The notes under the pieces are model-generated. The model worked only from the letters and a program-made list of their open reading frames with translations. It was not told the origin of the DNA and ran no database searches. Source: a virus (taxonomy: Duplodnaviria; Caudoviricetes). Taken from it: DNA of 64,000 bases. The translations under genes and the position numbers were made by a program. Below are positions 26,019 through 36,395 of this stretch, in pieces. The stretch spans positions 1-64,000 of IMG/VR virus record IMGVR_UViG_3300025838_000032. One strand, 5' to 3'. Every line of letters begins with the position of its first letter. The first letter of the stretch is position 1.

Positions 26019-28134
26019 TAAGTTTAACTCAAAATATGCTGCCGACGTAACGGAGACTTCGTTCTCTCCGAGCGACCCAGAGCTAGAGCAAGCTGGCATT
26101 TCTGCTACGCCAACTAATACTTATAATAGTAGAGAGCTTGAGGAACCAGAGGGCCGTCCAAAGTTCACTCAACTTGAAACAACAACGAGAGAAGAAGTCA
26201 GCAGACCTCCGCTTGTCTATTATGGTCCAGATAAGAACATGGACCCAGAGGATCGTATAGAGAGAATCAAAACGGATCCGGAGGCTTTTGCTGAAAAGGA
26301 GAAGGCGTTCCATCAGCGTTCTCAGAGGACTCCAGAGCAACGTTCTAGAATGTCTCGATTTCGTCAGAATATTAGCGATAGGCACACGATCAAAGCAGTT
26401 TTCGCGGCTATCGACAGATCAGCACGAGAGTTATATCCATGCCCAGAATGTGGCGGAGCCTTCAACGGAGGCAAACCAGTTTTGCCTACGGAAAGAAGAC
26501 ACGAGAGAGAATTTTGTCAAACGTGCGCCAACACCGGGCATACGATAATATCTCCAGAGACAGGTTTCTTTGATCTAGAAAGAAAAGCTGCTATACACAA
26601 TGCACACGTAAGTTTTCATAATAAATGGTGCAATCAAACAAAGTGCCACAAAAATTGTGGATTAAACAAAACTGGGTTAGTTGATCAATTACGTAGACAG
26701 CACATAGACTCTGAGGACAGCCGTTTCAATGAAGAAGCCGCTGTCTTGAAGAGAGAAAAGGGTAGAGATCTTAAGCCAGAAGAGGTTGCTCAAATCGCGC
26801 CGAGAGAACCATTGCAGCGTAAGCATACTCACGCCGAACCGGGCGCAGCTGAAAACGTGATCGAAACTGTTGGGCCAGTGGCTCTTATTGATCATTTTAA
26901 GCCAATGACCTCTGCTCATCTATTGGGCGGTCGTGAGCACAGTGATATTACTATGGACGACCACGTTCTAATCACAAATTATGATACTACTAACCCAAAT
27001 GCTTCTATAACATCCAATGAGAAAGAAAAGATGTTTGAGACGTATCGACCGTCCCAGTGGGGAGCTACTGATACGAGCAAAGAACAGGAAGAAAACGGTA
27101 AATCTCATAAAAATAGATTCTTTAAGATACCATTTACACGTAGACCAATAAGAGATGAATCAGTACGCGTCAAAGGGTTTACGGATCCTCAAACAACCGG
27201 TATTGTTACCGGTCTGTCGGCAGATGGAAGATCCGCAAAAGTTGTAGAGTTTGGTACCCCATCTGATGTAAGAATCGAAGAACGCAACACCAGAATGAAT
27301 GGTCGTCCTGATAAAGTAATCAGGAATAATACCATGGAAGCCATTAATGATACAAACGAGCCAGCGAAAAAACCAGAAGATACCGAAAAAAATGCAAAGA
27401 GAAGCAAATTCAAACAACAGGTAGCTTATTTGTATAGCAAGATCGCTCCGTTAAGAACAGAAAGATCACCCGTAGAAAAGCGCGAAGCAGCCGTCTCTTA
27501 CCACCCGGTAGAGAATCTCGCAAGAATGTCAGACATTACTTACCCGTTAGTAGCTACGGTTGGGCATACCCATGAAAAAGTTGCCCGAAAAGACTTAAAA
27601 ATCTCTACCAATAATCAGTTCTATTCTAAAAGCAAGATTGTAACTGCAAAGGTAATTCGTAGAAAAGGTTTGGGTCACAGCCCAGAAGAGATCCGAGATA
27701 CGATAAGTAATACTATTAATAATGAGGCCAGAAGAGAACTAAAAAGATGGGGTACACGAACTAATAAAGTTTTGGGCATAAGTAGAAACGATCCAGAAAG
27801 TCTTCTCCCACACGAAACGGGAGCAGAGATCTCTGAACAAAGTGGAGCTCCAAAGAGACGTAAGTTCTCCCCTCCTAAAAAGTCTGTATCACCAGGTGAT
27901 TTGTTCAGCATTGGTGAATCCGGAGCCTCTATCCCCATGGCTGAATTGCCGCCCGAGATAAACCCAGTTAATTCTGAAGAGGGTATAAACGAAGCGATAG
28001 ATGTTGTAAGAAAAGGCTTGGGCGGTAGAGAGCTAACACCTGAAGAGCACGCTACTGCTAGAAATAATATAAAACAGCGCGGTCACATAAACGGTGCTTT
28101 AGACGATGATTACGAGGAAGACGATGACGAATAA
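26011..28134 (+). CDS. Large charged protein with zinc-finger motifs (MSNKFNSKYAA...)
   Basis: CPECGG, CQTCANTG, CNQTKCHKNC. Confidence 0.8.
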   Translation: MSNKFNSKYAADVTETSFSPSDPELEQAGISATPTNTYNSRELEEPEGRPKFTQLETTTREEVSRPPLVYYGPDKNMDPEDRIERIKTDPEAFAEKEKAFHQRSQRTPEQRSRMSRFRQNISDRHTIKAVFAAIDRSARELYPCPECGGAFNGGKPVLPTERRHEREFCQTCANTGHTIISPETGFFDLERKAAIHNAHVSFHNKWCNQTKCHKNCGLNKTGLVDQLRRQHIDSEDSRFNEEAAVLKREKGRDLKPEEVAQIAPREPLQRKHTHAEPGAAENVIETVGPVALIDHFKPMTSAHLLGGREHSDITMDDHVLITNYDTTNPNASITSNEKEKMFETYRPSQWGATDTSKEQEENGKSHKNRFFKIPFTRRPIRDESVRVKGFTDPQTTGIVTGLSADGRSAKVVEFGTPSDVRIEERNTRMNGRPDKVIRNNTMEAINDTNEPAKKPEDTEKNAKRSKFKQQVAYLYSKIAPLRTERSPVEKREAAVSYHPVENLARMSDITYPLVATVGHTHEKVARKDLKISTNNQFYSKSKIVTAKVIRRKGLGHSPEEIRDTISNTINNEARRELKRWGTRTNKVLGISRNDPESLLPHETGAEISEQSGAPKRRKFSPPKKSVSPGDLFSIGESGASIPMAELPPEINPVNSEEGINEAIDVVRKGLGGRELTPEEHATARNNIKQRGHINGALDDDYEEDDDE

Positions 28135-28543
28135 GAAAAGCTATGTAGAGCCGAAAGACGCTCCTCCTGGGGTACCATGCCGTTTCTGTGATATGCCAGC
28201 GGGCACAGATGGCCTAGGGCCTGTCTATCAGGATGGAGTTGCAATAGACAAGAAAAGACCATTGTTCTCACACGCTTATTGCCTGATGAATTCTGGTGGT
28301 GTAAAACAGGATGATCAGGATTTTTCCCTACAGAACTTACTCCCAAACACATTAAAAAATGCCTCCGGCCCTGGATCAGACATCTGGGACTTTTCCTTTA
28401 AAAATAGGTTTATCGCTCACCCAGAACCTAATAATTTAACAAAGACCAAAAGACCGCCGGAAGTAGAACCAATTGTTCGCATGAATAAGTCCGAAGAATA
28501 CGAGGGCGACGACACCGGCGCACCGAATCCACCCAGTAAATAA
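28124..28543 (+). CDS. Hypothetical zinc-binding protein
   Basis: CRFC...HAYC. Confidence 0.7.
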   Translation: MTNKKSYVEPKDAPPGVPCRFCDMPAGTDGLGPVYQDGVAIDKKRPLFSHAYCLMNSGGVKQDDQDFSLQNLLPNTLKNASGPGSDIWDFSFKNRFIAHPEPNNLTKTKRPPEVEPIVRMNKSEEYEGDDTGAPNPPSK

Positions 28544-28547
28544 ATAA

Positions 28548-28577
28548 TGTAATTACCTAAAATATATACCCTAGTGT
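28548..28577 (+). promoter_or_regulatory. Candidate TGTAAW-N18-TAG promoter
   Basis: TGTAAT-18-TAGTGT, followed by AGGAG and ATG at 28604. Confidence 0.5.
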
Positions 28578-28603
28578 ATGTATCCATATGTACAGGAGAA
28601 ATA

Positions 28604-29176
28604 ATGGAACCCCGTTTGAACATAAAAGTAGCCGAGATTTTTGACAACGCCAACCCCGTAGATGCCGACTTCCAGGCCCCGGATGCCAATGGGCAGTTCC
28701 CTCAGTGGCTTGGTGACTTCATCGACCAGAACAGCAATCACGCCCAAAAGAACTGGGATGCTTATGCTGAGCAGCGCCAGGGTCTTGGTGACCAGATCCA
28801 ACGTTACGTTGATGAATCTCACATGCACGCCACCGATGAGAACCCCGCTCAGGATCCTACTCTCATGGCGATGAACCCCTCTCTGGTCAATAGCCCTGAC
28901 CTTAGTGACGTGCCAGCGCCCAAGGCGGCGAGCAAGTTCGCGTCTCAGGCTAATGGCTTCAGAAATAGTCAGGCGCACCCTGACTTTACTCTTGGGCTTG
29001 TTGCCAAGGCTAATACCGGGACCATTGTTAACTCTCGAGTTGTTGCCGAGACCCCGACCACGAAGATCGCCGGTACGGTAATTGCCGTTGGTGATGCTGA
29101 GTTCGCCGTTGTCTGGGATGACAGAACTGCCTCCGTTGAGCGTAAGCGCGACTACGAATTGGTGATTGCCCAATAG
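28604..29176 (+). CDS. Hypothetical protein, possibly virion-associated
   Basis: SD AGGAG; biased codons; SH3-like C-terminus (GTVIAVGDAEFAVVWDD). Confidence 0.75.
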   Translation: MEPRLNIKVAEIFDNANPVDADFQAPDANGQFPQWLGDFIDQNSNHAQKNWDAYAEQRQGLGDQIQRYVDESHMHATDENPAQDPTLMAMNPSLVNSPDLSDVPAPKAASKFASQANGFRNSQAHPDFTLGLVAKANTGTIVNSRVVAETPTTKIAGTVIAVGDAEFAVVWDDRTASVERKRDYELVIAQ

Positions 29177-29179
29177 ATC

Positions 29180-29809
29180 ATGTTCGTAACTAGAAAAACT
29201 AAGATCGTTTCTGCTCCTGCGGAAGAGGTCCTTGAAGTTGAAGATCCGTTTATTGAAGAGATCAAGAACGTTGTTATACCTCAACAGGTATCAAATATAG
29301 AATTCTTAACTGTTGAAGATGAAAAAGACGATATCTATCACGGAACCCTAACTGACTATGATGGGAATCTTTATCATTATTGGTGGGATAACAAACCCAA
29401 GAGAATAAAAACTCTACTTGGCAAAGAGGTTAACCCACTTACTTGGAATCTTTGCGACATTGTCCTGCAAAAGTATTTTGCTAAGCCTAAGAAAGAAAAG
29501 GCTAAAAAGACAGAGTCATTATCTGAACAAGTAGAAAAAGCTCTTAAGCCAGTCCATGAGATGATGAAAAGTGTTGATGGCAAGGTTGAAAAACTTCTAT
29601 CCAAGCCAGCGGTAGCGGTCCCGACAGTCTCGTATTCTGCCCCTGTACAGCAGACTACTCAGCGTCCCGCCCCAACGACCGTTACAGCCTCAACACAGGT
29701 AGATACACCAGCCATAAACGTTGCGGACGATGAAATAAGTATTAACGCACAAAGATTCTTACAGCAATCAAACACTGAAGATCTTGGTATAGATTATATG
29801 AGTCTCTAG
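29180..29809 (+). CDS. Hypothetical protein
   Basis: 209-aa ORF. Confidence 0.75.
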   Translation: MFVTRKTKIVSAPAEEVLEVEDPFIEEIKNVVIPQQVSNIEFLTVEDEKDDIYHGTLTDYDGNLYHYWWDNKPKRIKTLLGKEVNPLTWNLCDIVLQKYFAKPKKEKAKKTESLSEQVEKALKPVHEMMKSVDGKVEKLLSKPAVAVPTVSYSAPVQQTTQRPAPTTVTASTQVDTPAINVADDEISINAQRFLQQSNTEDLGIDYMSL

Positions 29810-29817
29810 GAGAGATT

Positions 29818-30546
29818 ATGAATTTCGCAGAGGGAAAAGGACCAAAGCAAGCAAAGAAGCCTTACGTCCTGGGACAATTTGTAACTATTTATGGCAATGA
29901 TGGGACGCCAGGTGCCGTAAACCCTGCCAACCCTCCTTATACACCTGTTGTGTCTGGCAGCACCTGGAATGGTGGAGTGGTCGGATCTTTGAACCCAGGT
30001 CTTAATGTCAGCCCATCTAACGTATACGATGTTAGTGTTATATGTGCCCCTGGGTCTAATGAAAGTTTACAAGACCTAGAATCAACTACAGCTGTCCTCA
30101 GTCCTGAAACCGGGTTCTCCGGAAGCTGCGTAGTCTCTTTACAAGCTACTTTAGATCGGTATACTCCAAACCCTTATACTACATCTCCATCTGGAGCATA
30201 CGGTAGCACCAACTGGATAACATTAGGAAGCGTCACCGTTACTGGTAATGGACCTAAGATTATTAATCTTGCCGTCTCCAGTGGTTACGCGTACCCAGCG
30301 TATAGGCTAATCGCAAGCGGTAATTCTGCTACGGGTGGTATTATCGACTGGGTTCTCCCGAATATGTTTATCGATCTAAGCGCTCAAGGAGTTGGACAAG
30401 AGGCCAACTGGATTAATGGTAGCATTGGTCAGCCAAATATCGCCTCTCCTGTGTCTATTACTATATCTGGTGGGCAAACAAACAATTACAGTAAATCTGC
30501 TGTGGCGTACGCCGCTACTGAAAACAACCACGACTATATAGGTTAA
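29818..30546 (+). CDS. Hypothetical beta-rich protein, possibly structural
   Basis: G/S/T/N-rich 242 aa; SD AGGAG. Confidence 0.7.
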   Translation: MNFAEGKGPKQAKKPYVLGQFVTIYGNDGTPGAVNPANPPYTPVVSGSTWNGGVVGSLNPGLNVSPSNVYDVSVICAPGSNESLQDLESTTAVLSPETGFSGSCVVSLQATLDRYTPNPYTTSPSGAYGSTNWITLGSVTVTGNGPKIINLAVSSGYAYPAYRLIASGNSATGGIIDWVLPNMFIDLSAQGVGQEANWINGSIGQPNIASPVSITISGGQTNNYSKSAVAYAATENNHDYIG

Positions 30547-30555
30547 GGTATTGAC

Positions 30556-30744
30556 ATGGAACGATCACAGAATATAAGATTAAGTAACATACGCCGTGTA
30601 GGTGCGAACTTCGATTTTAATGGTAATCCTATTATTCAGAATACCTCTGGGGGTATTGTTCGTTTTAGCGGCGATATTAATACTTATCCATGCGGCCACC
30701 AATCGATCCCCGGCGTAGATGCCTGTAGCTGCCAGACTTACTAG
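30556..30744 (+). CDS. Small hypothetical protein
   Basis: 62-aa ORF, YPCGH...CSC. Confidence 0.6.
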   Translation: MERSQNIRLSNIRRVGANFDFNGNPIIQNTSGGIVRFSGDINTYPCGHQSIPGVDACSCQTY

Positions 30745-30756
30745 AAAGCACCAATA

Positions 30757-33700
30757 ATGGCGTCAAAAGACTGGAGTGCCTCTTCGGAGCTTAACCGAAT
30801 GAGAGCATCTGGGATAACCCTTCCTAAAAACCCCATCGCTGGGCGTGTCGCCGCACGTGACATGCTGAACCGAGCTAAGACAAGTGGGTCGATGGCTAGC
30901 GAAGTAGGACCATTGGCTATGGCCATGAGCGGGCCTCCGGAAGGCCGTCAACGCCTCAACAAACTAGGTTCTGACTTCCTAGCAGAAAACGGTATGGCAC
31001 GGACTCAGAATCGTAAGCTTGGTGCCGCAACTGGTAGCGATGCACAATGGGCTTGGCCAAAACTTCATGACCCATTCGAGTACTGGCGTGAACGTTGCGT
31101 CTTGCCCGGAGAAGAAATCACTCTTCTTGATGGTCCAAAGAAGATCGAAGATGTAACGTATGGTGATCAAGCCCTAACACACATGGGCCGTTATCGTCGC
31201 GTCCTTGACCTCGGTAATCAAGAGTATGAGGGCAAGGTCTATGAGCTGAAGCCTCGTTATCGTACTTCTATCAAGGCGACTGCTGATCACCCAATTTGGA
31301 CACTCCGCGAAGATGGCGGACAATTCATTCACGTCCAGGATCTAAAGCCAAATGATAAGATTCTTTTCCCAGTAGATCGTAAGATCGAAGACAAAGACTT
31401 CATTGATCTTACAGAAATAATTGATCACTCTGACTTGGTCATTGAGAACGGCTATTTCACTCGTAAATTGAGTGAAAAAAGAAATGCATCACCAAAGCGT
31501 CCGACAGGCAAAATTGGTACGCCAATTAGTTCTTTACCAGTAGAGATTGAATTAACTGATGATTTCCTCTGGTTCCTTGGGCTATACATCGCTGAAGGCT
31601 CTACTGGTGGCACAGATAACAAAACGGTTCACATTTCTTTGTCCACAAAAGAAACAGATTTAATAAATAGAACAGTTAATATTCTTGAAAAGCTCACTGG
31701 CAAAGTAGCAGCTATTCGTGACCATACGAAGTATGGTGACAATTCTGTAATCATTGAACTCACAAATATTCCGTTGTCTCGTGCTCTGCCAGTCCTTTGT
31801 GGCAAAGGATCATATAATAAGCACTTTCCAGAATGGGCGCAATTCTTGCCAGAAGACAAGCAGAAGGCGTTGCTGCGTGGTTACTTTGATGGAGACGGTT
31901 GCTACCAGCCAGACATCTCTTCTTGTTTCACTTCATCTAACCATTTGCGTGATCAGATCCTCCAGATGATGGCAAGAAATGGATTCTTCCCATCTGTCTA
32001 TCACAGAACCACTAAGTCATTCTCAAAGAAGATCGACGGTAAGAATATTGTTCTTAGTCGGACAGAGAATAGCGCGTTCCTGAATTGGATGGATATCCAC
32101 ATTTTTGATGAGATTGATGATGATGTTATTGTCAAGCGCGGTCGTAAATACCCAATTGAACATGTAGAAGAAGGCGTCTGGGTCCCCGTAGAAGAAATAA
32201 TCGAATCAGATTACAAAGGTACTATTTATAGTCTTACGATTACGGAAGACCACTCGTATTGTGTTTCTGGTATTGCAACACGCAATACATGGTGGTTCAA
32301 TATGGAGGACCCCGATGAACAGACTCGTAAGATCCGAGACTGGGCTCGTCTTCTTTACACTACTCACCACTTGGTGCCTGGTCTTATCGACATTTATACT
32401 CGTTTCCCACTTCTAGATATTGAGTTAGTTCACCCGGATAAGCGGATCGCTGATTTTTATAATGACTTATTCTTTAATGGTCTTAACTACCAGGAATTTC
32501 TGTATGATTTAGGTAGAGAACATTGGGTGGTTGGCGAAGCTTTCGCTATGGGATCCTGGCACGATGGTATCGGTGCTTGGGAAGAGGATGAACTTATTAA
32601 TCCCAACGACGTTATCGTTGCTAAGAACCGCGCTTTAAGAACATACCAATACCACGTCAAAGTGCCTGAGGAAATCAAGCGTCTTATTGAGCGTCGTGAT
32701 CCTCCTCAGGAATACGCCATGCTCATGCAGCTTTACCCGGACGTAGTCGCCTGGGCTAGACAGGATAAAGAGATCCCTGTTTCTGATGTGATTATGAAGC
32801 AGGTTAAGTTCTCCGCCAATTCGTGGAGCGAGCATGGTACTCCTATTCTACTTCGTGCTTTTCGCATGCTTATGCTTGAGGAAAGTCTTAACGCCGCGCA
32901 AGACGCTATTGCTGACCGACTCTATTCTCCTCTTATTCTGGCTACCCTTGGTCTGCCTGACGTAGACCAGGATGGTCCGTGGATCCCTGATGCTCAAGAG
33001 CTCCAGAGTCTCCGTGACGACCTTGCGATGGCTATCAACTCGGACTTCCGTCTTATGACGTATCACCACGGGCTACAGATCCAAAACGCTTTTGGACGAG
33101 AGTCTATGCCCCGCTTAGACCAAGACTTTATGAGAGTCCAGACCAATGTCATGGGCGTCTTTGGTATCGGTGCTGACCTTATCCAAGGTGGTCAGGGTGG
33201 GACATACGCTTCTGGAGCTTTGAACCGTGAGCTTATTACGCAGATGCTCTCTACGTATCAGAATAAGATTAATAAGTTCTTCCGTAGCCGTATGGAACCC
33301 GTAGCAGAGAGGCAGGGCCACTATGAGATGCGTAACGTGGGCGGTCAGCATGTTCCTGTTATGGAAACTGTTCTTATGGTCGATGAAGAGACTGGCGCTG
33401 AGTACGTTGAGGAACGCCCCAAGCTAGCTATACCTGAGGTCAGATTCCGCTCTATGAACCTCCGTGATGAGACAGTAGAACGTGGGTTCTTGCAGCAATT
33501 AGCTGCCAGCGGGTTCCCGATCTCTCTTGGCACGCTTGCCGTCAATATCCCAATTGACTTCGATGATGAGCTCGAGGCCCGTAAGGAAGAGAAGATCAAG
33601 ACTGTTGTCGAAGAGCAGAAGTTCAAAGCAGAGCTCTTCAACCGCCTCTATACTCTACAACTTCCTATCCCGCCAGAATACGTTCAGGAGTACCAGGCGT

Positions 33701-34272
33701 ATCTGGCCATGCTCGAGGATCCGTCTCTTGGCGCCCAGCTAGCTCCGGGAGCGATGGCCGGTCTTGTTACTCCTCCTGCTGCTCCTAATATGACTGATGT
33801 TGGCGCTATGGGTAGTGATGCCGCCGCAGGTGCACAAGTTTATCCAAGTATAAACCAGGAGGCTCGCCAACGCCCAGAGATCTCCTATGAGCAACGTAAG
33901 TCTCAACCCAAGCCTTCCAAAAAGGGTCCAAAGAATGGACCGAAGAAGAAGACAGCCTCTGTAGTCGGATGGGATGAAGACGATGAGTTCCAGGGTCGGG
34001 TTGAGTACGGTGATCGTATGAAATTCGCCGTGCCTTTTGAATCGAAGAAACGCAAGCGTATGAAGCTCGCTTCTGGTATGAAGATTATTATTGATGATTC
34101 ATACGAGAAATTTGATGAAAATGAATTTATGAAGCATCTATCATCCATCATTGATGAGCCTATGATCCAAGAGCCTACTGACCTTATGGAGCATAGTTCT
34201 GGTGAAGGTGGTATGGATCAGCCCGCAAGAAAACAAATTGATCCAACAGAAGAAGATTCTTTCCCTGAATAG
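30757..34272 (+). CDS. Portal protein precursor containing an intein
   Basis: Lies just before the protease, scaffold and capsid genes. Extein segments (RDWARLLY, HGTPILLRAFR, RLYSPLIL.TLG) resemble large actinophage portals, from memory. Confidence 0.75.
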   Translation: MASKDWSASSELNRMRASGITLPKNPIAGRVAARDMLNRAKTSGSMASEVGPLAMAMSGPPEGRQRLNKLGSDFLAENGMARTQNRKLGAATGSDAQWAWPKLHDPFEYWRERCVLPGEEITLLDGPKKIEDVTYGDQALTHMGRYRRVLDLGNQEYEGKVYELKPRYRTSIKATADHPIWTLREDGGQFIHVQDLKPNDKILFPVDRKIEDKDFIDLTEIIDHSDLVIENGYFTRKLSEKRNASPKRPTGKIGTPISSLPVEIELTDDFLWFLGLYIAEGSTGGTDNKTVHISLSTKETDLINRTVNILEKLTGKVAAIRDHTKYGDNSVIIELTNIPLSRALPVLCGKGSYNKHFPEWAQFLPEDKQKALLRGYFDGDGCYQPDISSCFTSSNHLRDQILQMMARNGFFPSVYHRTTKSFSKKIDGKNIVLSRTENSAFLNWMDIHIFDEIDDDVIVKRGRKYPIEHVEEGVWVPVEEIIESDYKGTIYSLTITEDHSYCVSGIATRNTWWFNMEDPDEQTRKIRDWARLLYTTHHLVPGLIDIYTRFPLLDIELVHPDKRIADFYNDLFFNGLNYQEFLYDLGREHWVVGEAFAMGSWHDGIGAWEEDELINPNDVIVAKNRALRTYQYHVKVPEEIKRLIERRDPPQEYAMLMQLYPDVVAWARQDKEIPVSDVIMKQVKFSANSWSEHGTPILLRAFRMLMLEESLNAAQDAIADRLYSPLILATLGLPDVDQDGPWIPDAQELQSLRDDLAMAINSDFRLMTYHHGLQIQNAFGRESMPRLDQDFMRVQTNVMGVFGIGADLIQGGQGGTYASGALNRELITQMLSTYQNKINKFFRSRMEPVAERQGHYEMRNVGGQHVPVMETVLMVDEETGAEYVEERPKLAIPEVRFRSMNLRDETVERGFLQQLAASGFPISLGTLAVNIPIDFDDELEARKEEKIKTVVEEQKFKAELFNRLYTLQLPIPPEYVQEYQAYLAMLEDPSLGAQLAPGAMAGLVTPPAAPNMTDVGAMGSDAAAGAQVYPSINQEARQRPEISYEQRKSQPKPSKKGPKNGPKKKTASVVGWDEDDEFQGRVEYGDRMKFAVPFESKKRKRMKLASGMKIIIDDSYEKFDENEFMKHLSSIIDEPMIQEPTDLMEHSSGEGGMDQPARKQIDPTEEDSFPE
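31096..32286 (+). mobile_element. Intein with LAGLIDADG homing endonuclease (397 aa, residues 114-510)
   Basis: Starts CVLPG; block B ATADHP; LWFLGLYIAEGS and LLRGYFDGDG; block F YSLTITEDHSY; ends ATRN followed by Thr+1. Confidence 0.92.
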
Positions 34273-34336
34273 GGTTTATAAACGTATAAATAATGCACTA
34301 ATAATTAGACGAAGCATTATTTAATCAGGAGTTTTG

Positions 34337-34525
34337 ATGAGCACTCTCTTTAATAATGAACCACCTCGAATATTGCCCAAAAAAGCTTTTAATAAGAGGA
34401 GTTTTTTAGACATTGTTAGCCCATTGATTAAGCTAGACATAATCAAAGAAGGTGAAGGTCTTAAGTGCAGAAATGCTCAAAAGCTTGTTTTAACGAATAG
34501 TATTTACGAAAAAATCAGCGAGTAA
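34337..34525 (+). CDS. Small hypothetical protein
   Basis: SD AGGAG. Confidence 0.55.
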   Translation: MSTLFNNEPPRILPKKAFNKRSFLDIVSPLIKLDIIKEGEGLKCRNAQKLVLTNSIYEKISE

Positions 34526-34528
34526 ACC

Positions 34529-34975
34529 ATGCTCGCTTCCTTTATTATTTTTGCTACGTCTTCAGCCGCGTACGATGGTATTAATAACCTATATATTGTT
34601 CTTGGAATCATTGTTTCTGTAGGAACAATCCTTTTTGGTGTTAATAAATTCATCAAAGGTCTTAAAACTGATCTAGCTCAAGATATTACTTTAACAGTTG
34701 TAGAAAAAGCTAAGACTGATGTCGCAGTAGCTGTACAGCTTGCCGTGAGTCAAGAAGTAAAAGAAGCCATTAGTGCCTTAGATTATAAGATTACTCAGAA
34801 TGGTAAGAATAGTAATAACCTAGGTGACGTAGCCGCCCGCACCGAAGAGAACGTTCTCGCTGTGAAGGACTCTTTGAACGCATTAATACCACTCGTTCAA
34901 AAGAATAATGATGTGCTCATGAAACACATAGGAGCACACATTGGGCATGGCGATTCTTGGATACAAATAAATTAA
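34529..34975 (+). CDS. Membrane protein with a coiled-coil tail (possibly lysis-related)
   Basis: TM segment LYIVLGIIVSVGTILFGV followed by a heptad-like region. Confidence 0.6.
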   Translation: MLASFIIFATSSAAYDGINNLYIVLGIIVSVGTILFGVNKFIKGLKTDLAQDITLTVVEKAKTDVAVAVQLAVSQEVKEAISALDYKITQNGKNSNNLGDVAARTEENVLAVKDSLNALIPLVQKNNDVLMKHIGAHIGHGDSWIQIN

Positions 34976-34998
34976 CACAAAATTAATTATTACAATAG

Positions 34999-35028
34999 TG
35001 TAAAGACTACGCTAGCGCAAAATAGGCT
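34999..35028 (+). promoter_or_regulatory. Candidate TGTAAW-N18-TAG promoter (leaderless)
   Basis: TGTAAA-18-TAGGCT, with ATG 6 nt downstream at 35035. Confidence 0.5.
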
Positions 35029-35034
35029 ATGAAC

Positions 35035-35694
35035 ATGATAAAGTTTGGTGCTCCATCCATAACTCTACAAGGTAGAGAAACTCTCGCTGGTCACAACCAG
35101 CCAATCGAGCTACATAATATCACGTTTGACGACTTTGATTTTAAGCCTGAAAAGGGTTACGTCTACGCAGTATCCAGGGCTATCTCTTCCAGGGTAAACG
35201 CCAACTATGATGGTTGGCCGGTAGACCAGATCAAGAAAAGCTATAAGACTTTCGTTGGAAGACCAATCTACGTAGAGCACAATAATAGCGATCCTGAGAG
35301 ATCTCGTGGTGTTATTCTTGACGCTATTTATCGTGAGTCTAAATTGGCGAGCGGTATAACCGACGCGAGCGTTTATTGCTTGATGGAAGTCGATGCTCAG
35401 ACTTTCCCCAAGCTTGGCAGCGCAATTATGGATGGAAGACTGAACGCTGTCAGCATGGGTGCTGATGTTGAGGGAACGCAGTGCTCTGCTTGTGGTAAAT
35501 ACGCCAGCAAACCAGCTGAGTATTGCACGCACATTCCTCGTCTTAAAGGTAGAACTGTAACTGTTTACAAGCAAGGTAAAAGAATCGAAAGCCTTGTTTA
35601 TGAAAGTTGTATCAAGCCAAACTTCTTCGAGCTCAGCTTCGTTTTTGAGCCCGCAGACGAGAGTGCCCATCTTATGCATAGAAAAAGATTCTAA
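35035..35694 (+). CDS. Capsid maturation (prohead) protease
   Basis: FVGRPIYVEH, RGVILDA, VSMG (Ser), FFELSFV.EPAD are HK97-type protease motifs, with an inserted CxxC...CxH zinc finger. Confidence 0.75.
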   Translation: MIKFGAPSITLQGRETLAGHNQPIELHNITFDDFDFKPEKGYVYAVSRAISSRVNANYDGWPVDQIKKSYKTFVGRPIYVEHNNSDPERSRGVILDAIYRESKLASGITDASVYCLMEVDAQTFPKLGSAIMDGRLNAVSMGADVEGTQCSACGKYASKPAEYCTHIPRLKGRTVTVYKQGKRIESLVYESCIKPNFFELSFVFEPADESAHLMHRKRF

Positions 35695-35699
35695 TCTAA

Positions 35700-36395
35700 A
35701 TGCCATTTCTTAAGGTTTCGGACAATATAAAGAAATACGCCCTTGAGACTATCAGGGTTCCTATTTCTCCACTCGGGAATTGTCCACAATGCCAAAGCAA
35801 CGGTTATAGAGATGGTATCTGCCCAGATTGTAGCTATATCGATCCGCAGGTTCTTGAAGCAATTCAAGAGTGGCAGAACGCTATGGGGATTCAACAAGTA
35901 ATAAAGCAACAGCAATCAGAATTGTCTGAACAGAATCCTAACGCGAAAGCTGCTTATAGAAGCCTGTCTTTCGTAGATATTTTACCATCGATTAGCAACG
36001 CAAAGACTAAATGCCCAAATTGCGGGCAAATGACCTTCAATAATGATTCCTTAAAAAAGGGAGAATTATCCGGATCTTGTGAGAATCCTGCGTGCAGTCA
36101 TGAAATTGCTGGTGCCTTAGGGTTTAAAAGACCCAATTACTTGGGTATAGATCCTGAGATAATAAATTCTGTTAAGCGCAACTTTTTAAGTCCTGCGTCA
36201 ATAAAGATCGAAAAGAATAAAAAGAAGTTGAAGAAAAGCGCGAAAGAGTCTTACGACCCAGGCGCTTTACAAGACGATTCTATGAATGCCTCTATGGATG
36301 CTACCACTCGTATGTGGGACATGCTCAAAGACAATGCACAAATAGATTCACAGAATAAAAGCGAAGAAAACGCAAAAAACAGCGAGGAGCTATAA
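35700..36395 (+). CDS. Zinc-ribbon protein
   Basis: CPQC, CPDC, CPNC, CENPAC. Confidence 0.7.
   Translation: MPFLKVSDNIKKYALETIRVPISPLGNCPQCQSNGYRDGICPDCSYIDPQVLEAIQEWQNAMGIQQVIKQQQSELSEQNPNAKAAYRSLSFVDILPSISNAKTKCPNCGQMTFNNDSLKKGELSGSCENPACSHEIAGALGFKRPNYLGIDPEIINSVKRNFLSPASIKIEKNKKKLKKSAKESYDPGALQDDSMNASMDATTRMWDMLKDNAQIDSQNKSEENAKNSEEL

Noticed and set aside
21548-30756. Terminase large subunit upstream of the portal
   Set aside because: No Walker A/B or RNase H-like nuclease motifs in these ORFs; the terminase is probably outside the window.
34285-34292. T4-type late promoter TATAAATA
   Set aside because: Only one intergenic copy noticed; expected by chance in AT-rich spacers.
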